The notes: generated from the sequence alone by a model not told the origin. Positions 1 to 12,818 are shown, numbered from the stretch's first letter. The stretch is 64,000 bases of DNA from Octopus vulgaris (GCA_951406725.2 OX597814.1:204724001-204788000), one strand, 5' to 3'. Program-made: numbers and translations.

Positions 1-274
1 TATGCATGCTTTGTTCACATGCATACATACACGTAAAAGAATTAAAAAAAAACAAATCCAAAAAGACTTGTAGCTCTTTGGCAAAAATTCTTAGTGGAAT
101 TTGCAGATTTTGAGGGTCAGACCCTCCTCCACCAAACATTAGTTTGCTCTTCTCTCTCTTGTATACAACAAACTCATCCAAATTTACAAACTTCACTACT
201 TATACATACGTACATATACACACACACACCTACATGCATACACACACACACACACACGGTATGTCTCTGCCCCG

Positions 275-410
275 TGGTTCATACCTTGCCGTGGTGGGGT
301 GGCTTGTGTGCCTCTATGACCCAGAGAGCTATGCCAACTGGAGTTTACACTCCTGGTAGGGTCACCCATGTTGGACAGGTCAATGGGTAGAGGACAGACG
401 AATATGAACC
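275..410 (+). mobile_element. RTE-clade LINE 5'-end motif (isolated fragment in a MAF1 intron)
   Basis: CCTTGCCGTGGTGGGGTGGCTTGTGTGCCTCTATGACCCAGAGAGCTATGCC...CCTGGTAGGGTCACCCATGTTGGACAGGTC resembles the conserved 5' end of Rex3/Expander/Bov-B RTE elements (recalled). Confidence 0.7.
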
Positions 411-716
411 TCCTCTCCCCGAGGTTAAAGGGGTCGGCTATTTGGTTTTTTACAGAGTGGCTTGTGTTTCTGATTGTTTAAGTGAAAGGCTTTGACTGAA
501 GACCCGACCTTACTTCCTGTCAGTTGTTTAACTTACACAAGGGGGAAATTGTGCTGCAGCCGTGAAAGGATGACATAAAACATGGAAGGTATTCTTGAGT
601 GATACATTGGCAGCAGTGTTGTTGTTGTTGAGTGACCAAGAGATTGTTAGTGTGTCTTTGTGAAAGAAAATTCCTTACTGTTTGTAGTTGTTTGTTTATG
701 TTACTTTGTTTATCAG

Positions 717-841
717 AGTGTGGTGAATACGATAAACAACCAACTGTCTGCCGTTATCGGGGACTCCTTCAGTGTGTTTAAGCAGCAACTTTGGGCAACC
801 ATCGACGAAGAGATTTCTTTAACTGATTGTGACATCTTCAG
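717..841 (+). CDS. MAF1: Repressor of RNA polymerase III transcription MAF1, internal coding exon (gene begins upstream of the window)
   Basis: Acceptor ttgtttatcag|, donor ag|gtaaat. Translates SVVNTINNQLSAVIGDSFSVFKQQLWATIDEEISLTDCDIF(S), matching the Maf1 segment QLWxAVDEEIxLxECDIYS. Confidence 0.95.
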
Positions 842-2154
842 GTAAATATATTCTCTCCCTTCTCTCTATGTATTTGTCGGTCGTTTTGATTTATTGACTA
901 TTGGAGTTCAATTTGTAAAGGAAGAAAAAGTGCTCAACCACTTGCTCGTTAACTTCATGAGCAAGTTGTTCTGTTGATCAGCTCGACTGGAACACTCACT
1001 GTTGTAACCTGTGGAGTGTCAGCTTTTTACTGGGTGCTTTTTATGTGTCACCAAGTAACTTGCAAGACAAAACCCCTCAACTGAACAGGGACATGTAGTA
1101 GTGAGGGCAATGACTTTATGCCAGGTGTCTAGAGGTTAAAGTATGATAGAGGGACAGAAACAGGTGTCTTGCACTAGGGGGGAGACACACATACATTGTT
1201 TAATGTTTACTTTTCCATGTTTGCTTGGATTGAACAGAATTTGTTGAGGTAGATTTTCTACGGTTGGATGGCTCTTCCTGTTGCCAACCCTTCTGTTTCC
1301 AAGTAAGGTAATATTTCCCTGAGACCAGACATGTTTTCACAGAAGACTGGAAATGGATGACACTTGTGATGTGAAGACAAAGAGCAACTCTAATCTCCAA
1401 GTTTGTTTATCTATTTGTGGAGAAAGATAGTGTATAGGGAAACTTATGTAACAGGTAAGCTTACCAGGGAGCCTCCATGACTTATTCGATCTATCAGAGA
1501 CAGCAATCAAATCTCCCCCAAATAACACCCTTTTGTCTTAAAATATATAGAATACATTGGATGATGATGTGCTAAATATACTATGTACAAAGAGGCAGCA
1601 TGGTCAGGATTGGAACGTCCTTAATCATAGAAGTAAAGAAAGACAACTTGTAAAATAGACTGCCACTCTATAGTGGAGTAGAGTTATCTTGCAGATCTGT
1701 GGCTTGCCAGTTCCTGTCAAACCATCCAACCTATGCCAGGAAAACGGATGTTAATAGATGATGATTGTAATTGTGAAATTAGAGCAGTAACGATTCTTTA
1801 TGCACAATTAGATAAATAAATTAGTGTAATGTCAATTCTAGTAATAATAATTCTTTTGAATGGTCAGATATTTCTTAATATTTTTTATCTTTTTAGTCAA
1901 TAGTTGGCAGCAATACTGAAAACACAAACATTTCTGTGTATATTTGTAATAATGGATTAAGCATCATCATCATCATCATCAACCCAAAACTGATGCCTAT
2001 TTATTTACAACTTCACAAGGCTGCCTTCAACATAAGAATTTTATAGAAATTCATTCTGAGACAAAGTGCTTACTTATAACTCCATCGTATCAAAACTTGT
2101 ATCTTCATCTCTTTGTTTTAAAAATAAACAGTGATTTGATTGTTTCGTTTACAG

Positions 2155-2274
2155 TTACAATCCAGATTTAGTCTCAGATCCGTTTGGAGAAGAAGGCTGC
2201 ATTTGGTCCTTCAATTATTTCTTCTACAACAAAAAATTGAAACGAATCATCTTTTTTACATGCAGAGCCACAAG
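2155..2274 (+). CDS. MAF1: MAF1 coding exon containing the conserved C-box
   Basis: Acceptor tttacag|, donor ag|gtaaag. In frame with the previous exon: (S)[39 protein letters not shown], the diagnostic [31 protein letters not shown] motif. Confidence 0.97.
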
Positions 2275-2367
2275 GTAAAGCATTTACTGAAATTCTTTGA
2301 AATTTGTTTTGATCTATAACATTATTAAAACATCCTCTATTATTATTAAATAAATCTCAGGAAGTAT

Positions 2368-2583
2368 GGAAGCACTGCATCCTTCAGGACTTCCTGAGAT
2401 TCGCCAACACTACACCTGATTTTCTCCCCTCCATACACACGCAAGCATGTATCTGACTCATACACTGTTCGCTTCCCAGACATTTGTACATTACTGCAGA
2501 TGCTTTATATGCACTCTGACAAGTTGTGGTGCACCTGAGCACTGTATATAATAATTTCATTATTATTATTATTATTATTATTA
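2368..2583 (+). mobile_element. CR1-clade LINE 3' end fragment
   Basis: Same 3' UTR as 19675-20240, ending ...gcacctgagcactgta...ttc(att)n. Confidence 0.85.
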
Positions 2584-2900
2584 AATATATTTAATAATAA
2601 ATGCTTCATTATACAACTTAAAATATTCACTATTGTTGACACCTATTCTTATATATAACCAATGATAAAATGTTGAGTAATTATAAGAAATGAAAGAATT
2701 ACAGACACCGATACAAATAGTTGGGACAATTGGTCTTATAATTTATTTTTATACACACATACAGAAACAAAGAACTTTTAGTTTAAAAAAATATACTTTT
2801 TTTTTCTAGAGAGAGTTATTCTTTTTTTTAAAACTATATTTATAATTCAATGGTAACAGTTTTACATAAAAGAAATTAAATATTTTTTGATAAGAGAAGT

Positions 2901-3101
2901 TTAACTCTTTCGTTCCCCTTTGTTTCGCTTAACTTTGAAAATAATGAATTTAATAAAATAACTGTTATAATTAAGCTGGTGTTTGGAACATAAATTAACA
3001 GGAAATTTTAATGAAAGGTCTTGATTTACATCACTTCAAACTGGAAATATGTATCATAGGTGCAGGAGCTGCATCAGACTGTTTGGTGTCAAAAGGTTTA
3101 A
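2901..3101. mobile_element. Degenerate piggyBac-like (TTAA) MITE
   Basis: ttaactctttcgtt...aaaaggtttaa termini; internal sequence related to the 39422-39649 family. Confidence 0.55.
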
Positions 3102-3159
3102 TATAAGTTCTAGCTTTACTTATTTGCATGAATATAGACATTGATAGGAATTATTAGAG

Positions 3160-3471
3160 CTGGTGGCATGTAAAAAGCACCATCCGAATGTGGTCGATGC
3201 CAGTGTCGCCTGACTGGCTCCTCTGCCAGTGACATATAAAAAGCACCAACTGAATGTGGCTGATGCCAGTACGCCCTGACTGGCTCTTGTACCGGTGGCA
3301 CGTGAAAAGCACCCACTACACTCTTGGAGTGGTTGACGTTAGGAAGGGCATCCAACTGTAGAAACATTGCCAGATCAGATTGGAGCCTGGTGCAGCCATT
3401 GGCTCTCCAGACCTCAGTCAAACCATCCAACCCATGCCAGCACAGAAAATAGACGTTAAACAATGATGATG
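3160..3471 (+). mobile_element. RTE-derived 3'-end repeat with (GAT)n tail
   Basis: ~60-bp subrepeats, then aaaagcacccactacactc...aggaagggcatcca...cccatgccagc...gacgttaaacaatgatgat. Confidence 0.85.
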
Positions 3472-4532
3472 GTGTTTCATAAGTGGTAGTAGTAGTAGTA
3501 GTAGTAGTGTTTAGATATTATGGAGTCTTATTTAAGGATGCAACTCTTGCAGTATTACCATCACATCTTCTTTCTTAATTTATCAAAGATGTTTGATATT
3601 CAACCGATAATATGTGCTAAAGACATTTGTTTGGATTTTTCAAAAGAATTTAAATTTAATGGAACTGTTGTAATAAGCATTTCCAATAATTATGATCATT
3701 TCTAGTACAGCTATTGCAGACCATGTGATCAAACCCATAAAAAAACAATCACACCTACTTTGTTCTCTTATATAATATTCACTTTTTCTAAAACAAATAT
3801 CTCTATCTTACAGTTGGACCTTAATACTAAATACTCTCTGTTTCTGCAGATAAAACCCCCGAAAAAAAAAATTCTATTTCTAACTTATTAAACTTCAACA
3901 GAATTTTCTTTTGTCTATATAATTCAATGTTAAGAATCCCTCCTTTATTCCTCCTTATAAACCCTCGGATCCAGATTGTCCCTGCTTTCCATCTATGATT
4001 AACCAAATGGTTACCCATATCGTTTCAACTCCTACTCTTATAGCTACACATTATAATCATTGGGGTTAGTTAAATGACCCCACTTTCTATATTGGCTACA
4101 ACAGAGTTGCAAATATTTTTCACATCGGATTTCTGTCAATTGGCTAAATGTGTAGAACTGCTTCTACAAGTCATTGCTTTCGAAATTTGTAAATGAAATT
4201 ACTTCAGACAAAAAATTTGGATTGTTTTATTACAGATGACAAATCTATTATAATTCTCTTGTAAACAAGCCACCGAGAAAACAAAAAGATGCAATTACTA
4301 AAGGGGTTAATGAGTTTTCTTTCATCCCTCATTGTATATACTCAGACATTCTCATCTGAACCAAGCTTGGAAATAATCCAGCCCACTTCTAAATCTGAGT
4401 CTCCTCAGATGTGGTCATTCTACTTCACTATTAAACATTTTAATCTCATATTGCTTCTAATTCTACTCATCACATAATTAAAACCCCTTGATTACAATTT
4501 CCTTACTTATCGATGCATAGTTTTATCAATTA

Positions 4533-4921
4533 CTAGCAGTATCGCCTGGCGTTGCTCAGGTTTGTTTCGACCCTTTAGAATTGGAATTTTTGAGAAGTAA
4601 AAATTTTGCATTATGTAGCTTGTTATTCTCTTTAAGTGAACATTTTTCTGGTTGAAATACACCGAAAAATGGCGATACAGCAGTCAAAAATCGTAAAAAA
4701 TAGGGATTTTCAGAAAAAAAGCACCTTTTTGATGTAAATAATTTTTGCTGTTAACATGGTCCGATTTGAATTTTTTCTTCTATGGAAGGAAGAGCAAGCC
4801 TTCTTCTATCATACTCACAATTTTGGTCAACTTGTGCCACAGGATCTCAGAGGAGATAGTGTTAGTTGAAGGCTACTAAACCTGCCATACACAGACAGCT
4901 TCAGCTTTATATAGAGAGAGA
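4533..4921 (-). mobile_element. Non-autonomous Helitron
   Basis: Minus strand starts TC(TCTCTCTATATAAAG) and ends hairpin CCTG-AGCAACGC-CAGG ... CTAG; inserted at A|T with no TSD. Confidence 0.8.
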
Positions 4922-5539
4922 TAAGAAAAAAAAAAAAAAACCCAACAATTCTTGAATGAGGCTCTCGCTGTTAATCACCAGATTTAACTCCCTTGATTAT
5001 TAAATTAACTTCTTGCATTATCGCATTTCTCCTAAAATTTAGAAAGTATACAAGTGTATACTCCATTTCCTAGAACACTAATCTGCTGGACTTCTGTAAT
5101 TACTGACCAGTTACTCTCATTTAAAAAAACATATCTACCTATTTATTAGACTACTACTGCAGGTAACTTTGAATCTCTCCTCTTCAATACATATTGGCCA
5201 GTAAATAAGTGAAGCCCTTCTTTTCAATATGTGTTTCTCAACGACCAGCTTTTGTTCACTTGCTAGGACAGAAAATCTAGTGTAAAACTTGAATTTGTTT
5301 TGATGATTATATTTCAAATTTTCAAGAAAAAAAAAATCAGAATTTTAACTTTAAAAAAAAAAAAGACTCCAAGATATTTTAATAATTCAAAGAGTGCATG
5401 TGGAACAATGAGAATCCATACAATAACAATTCATTCTTTAGGGTGGCAAACTGGCAGAATCATTGCTGTGCCAAACAAAATGCTTAACAGCATATTCCCC
5501 AAGTTAATGTTCTGAGTGTAAATGTTACTTTTTAAGATC

Positions 5540-5753
5540 TTTATCCGTTTTGATACCAACCTGCCTGTAACTGCCTCTGGTTTTATGGTACAAACTTCCC
5601 GTTTTAAAATGACTGAGAATTAGAATGTCACACTAGTTTATGTTTTAAGCACCAGCTTAATAAGGACAAAGTTATTTTAAATTCTTTATTATTTTTAAAA
5701 CTAATTGAGACAAAGACTGTATTTCAAAAGAAATTTGGTAACAAAACAGTTAA
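5540..5753. mobile_element. Degenerate piggyBac-like MITE (reverse orientation of the 39422-39649 family)
   Basis: gataccaacc...gacaaagttatttt...ggtaacaaaacagttaa; similar to the reverse complement of the TTAA MITE. Confidence 0.55.
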
Positions 5754-6114
5754 GCAATGTGGATGAGAAGTCAGACAAAATATGTAAAGTGATGTCAATA
5801 AATAAAGAAAAAGACCAGATATCGTGTCACCCTGTACAGCTTGTTTAAAGTTTCTAATATATTTTGGGAAAGCTTCCTTTTATCAAATATAAGAATATTT
5901 TGCAGAAGATTAGAGAAAATGTGTTATCAGCAGGCTGTTTGGGTGTAGTAAGGATGCTTTTTCTCCAAACTTTTGTCAGACCTTCCTTTATTATGATATT
6001 ATGTGATAAAATACGTATTTAAGAAGTTGCACTTCTACACATAACTTCATAATCGGCTTTAATTATTATTTTTGTAATGATTAATTAATTTCTTTATCTT
6101 TCTCTCTCTCCTAG

Positions 6115-6186
6115 CTGGCCGGTAGCCTACACGGACCTTGACTCTTGTCAAAATATAGGCTTCATTGAAGACATAACAATGCTTGA
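6115..6186 (+). CDS. MAF1: MAF1 penultimate coding exon (C-terminal tail)
   Basis: Strong pyrimidine tract ctttctctctctcctag|, donor ga|gtaagt. 72 nt, phase 2-2, open in the required frame: (S)WPVAYTDLDSCQNIGFIEDITML(E). Confidence 0.78.
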
Positions 6187-6564
6187 GTAAGTCTGTTTAT
6201 TTAATTACTAATTTCTACTTTCTGAATTTCATTTATCCTTCTACACCAAATTGTTTATAGGTGGGAGCAGATGAGTATTTCACAGATGTATGTGTGTCTT
6301 GCCTCTCATATTTACTAGTACCTAAGGGACTTGTTTAGAAACTAAGGGCCTCTTTCTCTCACCCCCAGTTTTGGTAGCAGGAACAAGAAAAGTTATCATC
6401 ATCATCGTTTCTTAATATCCATTTTTTTTCATGCTTGCTTGGTTCAGTTGGAATTCATTGAGACAGATTTTCCATGTCTAAATGATCACACTTCTTGTTG
6501 CATATTTTGAAATTTATCTTATGTATTGCAGTGTGTGTGTGTGTGTATTGGATTTAGAATGTTC

Positions 6565-6873
6565 CACGTGTAAAACAACATTTGAGCATGGTCGTTGCCA
6601 GTGCTGCCGGACTGGCTCCTGTGCAGGTAGCACGTAAAAAACATCTTTTGAGCGTGGTCATTGCCAGAACCGCCTGACCGGCCCTTGTGCTGGTGGCACA
6701 TAAAAAGTACCCACTACCCTCTCGGAGTGGTTGGCGTTAGGAAGGGCATCCAGCTGTAGAGACTGCCAAATCAGGTTGGAGCCTGGTGCAGCCTTCTGGC
6801 TCGCCAGTCCTCAGTCAAACTGTCCAACCCATGCCAGCATGGAAAGCGGACATTAAACGACAATGATGATGAT
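6565..6873 (+). mobile_element. RTE-derived 3'-end repeat with (GAT)n tail
   Basis: Same family as 3160-3471. Confidence 0.85.
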
Positions 6874-7041
6874 AATAAGTATATGATCATATAATTAGTT
6901 TTCTCTGTACATCTGTATGTGAATACACAGTAATATGCTGGGTATGCATATTATTGTAAATGTGTGCAAAACAGCTGTAATCATCATATATGGAAATAAT
7001 AAACCTGTATTCATTTCTCGCACCTTCTGATTCCATACTTA

Positions 7042-7408
7042 TCTCTATATATATAAACGGCAAACTGTCTGTCTGTGTGTGTGTCCTTTATACAAATCCA
7101 CAATTTTTCAGTTAGAGGGCTCGCACATTCTATGGTCATTCAAAACCGTCCAAGGGTGGTCGTACACATCTTTACATTTCCCCAGTCACCCTGCAAAGCC
7201 ATTAAAAATCAATAGAAGTGACTTTTTTGTGAATTTTCTATCCAAAACCCAATCAAATTGCCCAAAACTTGATACGCCAATTGAATGCCAGCTAGCTGTA
7301 TGTGATTGGTTGGAGATTTGGACAGTACTCGTGTGTATGTGTGCACGCACGCAGCTGTATATGCATGCACTAGCACTATGACCCGGCGTTGCAGGGTCAT
7401 AGTGCTAG
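7042..7408 (+). mobile_element. Non-autonomous Helitron in the last MAF1 intron
   Basis: A|TCTCTATATATATAAA start; 3' hairpin actagcactatgaccc-ggcgttgca-gggtcatagtgCTAG|T. Confidence 0.8.
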
Positions 7409-7461
7409 TATATTTTATAGTATGTGTATATATTTACTTGTGTTTTTTCTTATCTTTGCAG

Positions 7462-7480
7462 GGATGGAGAGATGTATTAA
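7462..7480 (+). CDS. MAF1: MAF1 terminal coding exon with stop codon
   Basis: Acceptor ttttttcttatctttgcag|. Completes GA+G (E), then DGEMY-TAA; acidic end; followed by repeat-poor sequence. Confidence 0.72.
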
Positions 7481-9770
7481 GAGGCTTCAAGCATTAACAA
7501 GTGTCATCAACTAAAATGTAAAAATAGAAAAAACTATATTGCAGTTTGTCAGTAAATCACTGCAGAATTGTTTACATGAGTTAATAATAATCAGAGTTAA
7601 CGACTATTGGGATTTATTAACTAACCTATTTAAATTCATCCATAAATTCAAAAGTTTATAAAACCTTTGTATTCTCCATTTTAATTTTTTTTTAATATTA
7701 TTACAAGTTAGTTTCACCTAAATTAGAGATTATGAATTGTTTTGAAACCATCTTAGTTCTCACCAATATTTTTGTTTGAAATGAATGCTACTGCCCATAG
7801 CAGTGAATTTCCTGCCATGTGTGTGTGTGAGAGAAGATCTGTTGAAAGTCTGAGGTAGGGTAACTATTTGCTACAGATATCACACTTTATTTATCAATAC
7901 TGTCGTAAATCAATAACTCTTCCTTTACTACATTTGGATCTTAAATTATAAAGCCTATCAGAGGTATGTCATGTTGTAAACATGTCATACAATATTACAT
8001 TATACAGTAGGATATTACTATACACCATCATACAACATGATGTTACACTGTTGGATGGCATACAATATAGTGTTACAGGTGTACATTGCCATACGATATG
8101 GTGTCTTACTATGATATCACTTTCTATTTGTGAAATAGTTTTCTTCTTTTACTCTCTCTTCACTTCAGTTAAAGAAAGATGATGAATCTTGATGCATTAG
8201 TTATGTCTGTCTGTCACTCATATTCTAATGTGACATATCTTACCTATGATCTCTCCAACACATTAGATAAATAGACATTTTTGACATTCTGTGATATAAC
8301 CAAGAAAAAAAAAGTTATCTTTTAATTTTTCTAAATAGAACTCAAGAGAAAAGAGTAGGAAATTGTTGCAAAACAAGATTTGGCTCTAAGAAATATATAG
8401 CTTGATTGATTAATAAACAGATGAAAGATGGACAAACAATTATAGGTGACAGAAATTCTTTTATGTAATAAGTTACATATACTTGTTACATTATAGCATT
8501 GCCCAGTTGTTGTACGTTTGAAACAGCTGTAAAGAATCATCTTGTCATTTGAAAATGCTTATGCCACATCTCATATAAATGAACTACTCCCACCTATTAT
8601 TGTTTATTCATCCTGTGTGTGTGTGTGTCTGTGTGTATTCTCAAAAAAGATCCTAGCTTATTTGCAAATTTAAAATATTTTCTTTCTTTTTTTAAATCAC
8701 CTGAGTGAAGTATGAGAGGATTGGTCTCCACTCTGATATAATTTTATAAGGAACAAGTGTAAAAGACAAATTAACTGCTAGGTGACATATGTGGTCTTGT
8801 GTCCTCCAGTACAATAACTGCTGGACATGATTTATACATGCTCTAATCTGGCTTATAATTTCTTTAGCTAATACTCAACACTATCTTATATTTTACCATT
8901 AGACTATAATAGTTCTCTTTGTCTCTAATTACTGAATTAAGCTAGCTTGATTAATGTAATTTAGGGTTTAAATATATTGATATTAATGAGTTGACTTATT
9001 GTATTCTGTAGAAATCTAAATACAATATCCTGTCTAATTGAGTGGAAGTTTCATTCTTAATTAAATCTTTCCTTGTAAATCATAAATTATTTTTTCCACG
9101 TCCACACTCTATTCCTTACTCTTCCAGAGAATGACAAAAGAGATATCAGAATCCTGCTATTTGAAGAAGAAAACAAATTAATAAATAACTTATTGACATT
9201 TTGTAAATTTAAATTTTAAATCTATCTTTTTGCACTTTATATATATATATATATTTTCATTAACTCTGAAGGTGCAAAATAACAAATACATAAAAAAAAG
9301 AAAAGAAAAAGTACCTTTAGCTATTAATAAATCGCACAGTTCACCATCAAAATTTTTTTCTCTATCATTTCATTATTGATATGAATTTTTTTATAACATT
9401 GTATTATATTTTTTAACTGCACTCTTCTGAAAGATAAAAATCATCATTTTTTTATATGTTTCTATTTGAAATGACAATTTTTGTTCAGGTGATAATTCTG
9501 GAATCTCAATCTGAAATTCTCAACAACAATATATCTTCCATTCAACATTGCCAAACCTTAAACACCGATGATGTAATATACTTGTCTTGATTTGTCCTTA
9601 CTCTTTCACGTTTCTTCAAACCATAGACATTGACTTTGCTCAGAGTTGTCCCCTTTTTTTTATTTTTATCTTTGCCATCATGTAACCATTTTACTTTGTT
9701 TGGCTCTCTCTCTCTCTCTCACACACACACAAAATAAATAATAAACAGTGGATTACTACAAGTAAACATG
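7481..9770 (+). other. Putative long MAF1 3' UTR
   Basis: About 2.3 kb with no recognisable TE in an otherwise TE-saturated window. AATAAA at 9733 and 9740 (also ~10170). True end unknown. Confidence 0.45.
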
Positions 9771-10532
9771 AAGAAACTCCAAAAGTCCTGTTGAGATTTC
9801 TATTATCTTTTTAGAATTGTTTCTGAACTCAAAAGGTTGTATTTTTCATATTTAAACTATGCTTACATGGCCACCACACATCACACATGTATGCATCAAC
9901 GTGTGGACACTTGTTTCACACGGACAAGTGTATGCATGTTACATACGGACAGTTGTCTACATAGATAAATGCACAGGTGCCATACGAAGGCTTATGAACA
10001 CCTGGACAAATGGACATCTGTCCCCTCTTGGACAAATCATCAATGTAAATAATATTGTTTTCAGACTCTTCCACTGAACATTGAGCGACTGACTTAGTTT
10101 GTAGCTCTCTAACCATCACCATTCACTCACATATTGGAATGTTTTAGTTCAGTCAGACTTGAAAACACTAATAAAATATTAAATTGAAATTGTTTTACTT
10201 GTTTTTTTGTTGTTGTTGTTGTTTTTCTCTTTTTTATTGTTGTTGTTCCTCCTCCTCATCATTTAACATCCATTTTCCACGCTGGCATGGGTTGGAATGT
10301 TTTGACCAGAGATGGCAAGCCAGACAGCTGCACCAGGTCTGTGATGGCATGGTTTCTACTGCTGGATTCCTTTTTTACTAATGCCAACCACTTTACAGGG
10401 TGTATTGAGTGTATTTTTGGGTGTATTTTTATGTGGCACCCTCAACAGTACTTTTGCCATGACACCATCACCCATGTTTTTTTATGTGGCACCAGTAAAA
10501 TTCACATGAAACAATTGTAACCAATATACCCT

Positions 10533-10683
10533 GGCGTTAGGAAGGGCATCCAGCCGTAGAAACACTGCCAGATTTGACTGGGCCTGATGAAGCCTTCTGG
10601 CTTCACAGACCCCAGTAGAACCGTCCAACCCATGCTAGCATGGAAAACGGACGCTAAACGATGATGATGATGATGATGATGAT
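10533..10683 (+). mobile_element. RTE-derived 3' end with (GAT)n tail
   Basis: tggcgttaggaagggcatccagcc...ggacgctaaac(gat)n. Confidence 0.85.
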
Positions 10684-10720
10684 ACCAAAGAACCAGTTTA
10701 TAGTATTTTATCTCTGAACT

Positions 10721-10995
10721 GGAGTGGCTGTGTGGTAAGTAGCTGGCTTACCAACCACATGATTCTGGGTTCAGTCCCACTGCGTGGTACCTTGGGCAAG
10801 TGTCTTCTACTATGGCCTTGGGCCGACCGAAGCCTTGTGAGTGGATTTGGTAGATGGAAACTAAAAGAAGCCTGCCGCTGTCATCATCATCATCTTTGTT
10901 TAACGTCCGTTTTCCATGCTAGCATGGGTTGGACGGTTCGACTGGGGTCTAGGAAGTCAGGAGGCTGCACCAGGCTCCAGTCTGATCTGGCAGTG
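10721..10995. mobile_element. Truncated tRNA-SINE head (+) abutting an inverted RTE 3' end (-)
   Basis: ggagtggctgtgtggtaag...aaagaagcc to ~10875, then catcatcat...ttaacgtccgttttccatgctagc. Confidence 0.8.
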
Positions 10996-11263
10996 TAACT
11001 AAGATTAGAAATTGAGCGAATGCATCCACCCTGTAGAATGTGGACCCATGCTCTCCTGGCAGGGCATCCACCACCTTTGTAGAGAAAATTATTAAAATAG
11101 ATTAAGAGAAACAGTTTTATGCTAGAAAGGTGGTGCATATTTACAACTTGATGTCGGACTTCAAGCAGTGTTAGATTGTCAGCGTATTAAATAAGCGTGA
11201 ATTTGTTTGATCATGCCCCCCCCCCCGATTAGTGACTGATGAATCTGCAATTTTTTTATTGTT

Positions 11264-11426
11264 GGAGTAGCTGTGTGGTAAGTAGCTTGCTTACAAACCA
11301 CATGGTTCTGGGTTCAGTCCCACTGCATGGCACCTTGGGCAAGTGTCTTCTACTATAGTCTCGGGCCGACCAAAGCCTTGTGAGTGGATTTGGTAGACAG
11401 AAACTGAAAGAAGCCTGTCGTGTATA

Positions 11427-11477
<51 letters not shown>

Positions 11478-11672
11478 GTGTGTTTGTCCCCCCAACATCG
11501 CTTGACAACCGATGCTGGTGTGTTTACGCCCCCGTAACTTAGAGGTTCGGCAAAAGTGACCGATAGAATAAGTACTAGGCTTACAAAGAATAAGTCCTGG
11601 GGTCGATTTGCTCGACTAAAGACGGTGCTCCAGCATGGCCGCAGTCAAATGACTGAAACAAGTAAAGAGTAG
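11264..11672 (+). mobile_element. Full-length tRNA-derived SINE, family A (CORE-like ACCTTGGGCAAGT, central microsatellite)
   Basis: A-box-like TAGCTGTGTGG, B-box-like GGTTCAGTCC, central (TA)n/(TG)n, tail aaatgactgaaacaagtaaagag; more than a dozen copies in the window. Confidence 0.9.
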
Positions 11673-12611
11673 TTATAAAACGCAAGTTGCTGTACTGGAA
11701 ATGCTAAATATTGCTTCAACTACCTAAATGCATGATATAAACAATCAATATATTTGTCATTCAAACTAAAAAGTTAATTATGAGAATTATAATTTTAAGT
11801 TTAACTAAGTATTCAATCATTAATTAATAACTTAAAGAAGCTATAAAAAAAAAAAAGCACCATGCTACAATTTTTGCTTAAAAAATGTTTTTTAACATGT
11901 ACATGTCTATCTCTTTCTCTATTTCACTCTCTGCTTCTACATTTTTGGCGAGGACATGCTGTTATTTCTAGCATTTGAAGTGTCTCCAAATAGGCTTTCC
12001 TCTCATAGCAGCAGAAGAGAAGAAATCTTTCTGTGACGCAAGGGAGACAACTGTATATTTTATATACACAACTGTATATTTTAGTTTAATCAATCGATTA
12101 AGCATCACTTTTTACCTTTTACCTTTTAGTCTACAAAGTTTTATTGCATAAAATTAGCATTTTTAGAATCCCCTCGTTTTGATTTATCATTTGAGCTTAA
12201 ATAAAATATAGATTACTTTTAAATTAAGAAAGTTTATTGAAGTCAGGGTCAATTGGAGGCGTTACATTTTTTCGACACGTTTGATTTCAAATCTTCGTTA
12301 CATTAAAGATTCTTTTGATAAAATCGATATTTTTAGCTTCCTCTCATTTCGTTCTATCATTTAAGCTTAAATGAAATACACTTTGCTTTTAAAATAAGAA
12401 AGTTACTTTGATTCAAAGTCTATTTTTTTTTACTTTACTCTCCCCTTTTGGACTTCACATATTTTAACATAACCTTTTTTCCACTGAACCAGATTTCTAT
12501 ATTTTTATGCCAAACTGTAGCTTGGGAGGTAACTGTGATAGAACTTAACAGTTTTGAATTTGGTTGAGAAATGAGTTGGTGACAAAGCTTTGGAGAGGCT
12601 GTGAGTTGGCC

Positions 12612-12781
12612 TGCTTCCTGAGATTCACCAACTCTACACCTGATTTTCTCCCCTCCACACAGACGCAAGCATGTATCTGATTCATACACTGTTCGCTTCC
12701 CAGACATTTGTACATTACTGCATATGCTTTATACGCACTTTTGACAAGTTGTGGTGCACCTCAGCACTCTATACAATAATT

Positions 12782-12816
<35 letters not shown>
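12612..12816 (+). mobile_element. CR1-clade LINE 3' end fragment
   Basis: Matches 20060-20240; (att)n tail. Confidence 0.85.

Positions 12817-12818
<2 letters not shown>

Noticed and set aside
660-716. N-terminal part of ORF 660-845
   Set aside because: Intronic pyrimidine tract; MAF1 similarity starts after the AG at 715-716.
10583-10612. CTGATGA followed by hairpin AAGCC-ttct-GGCTT (hammerhead-like; also reverse at ~15170 and ~24910)
   Set aside because: No GAAA or stem III, and sister copies read ctggtgcagcc here; a subfamily variant of the RTE tail.
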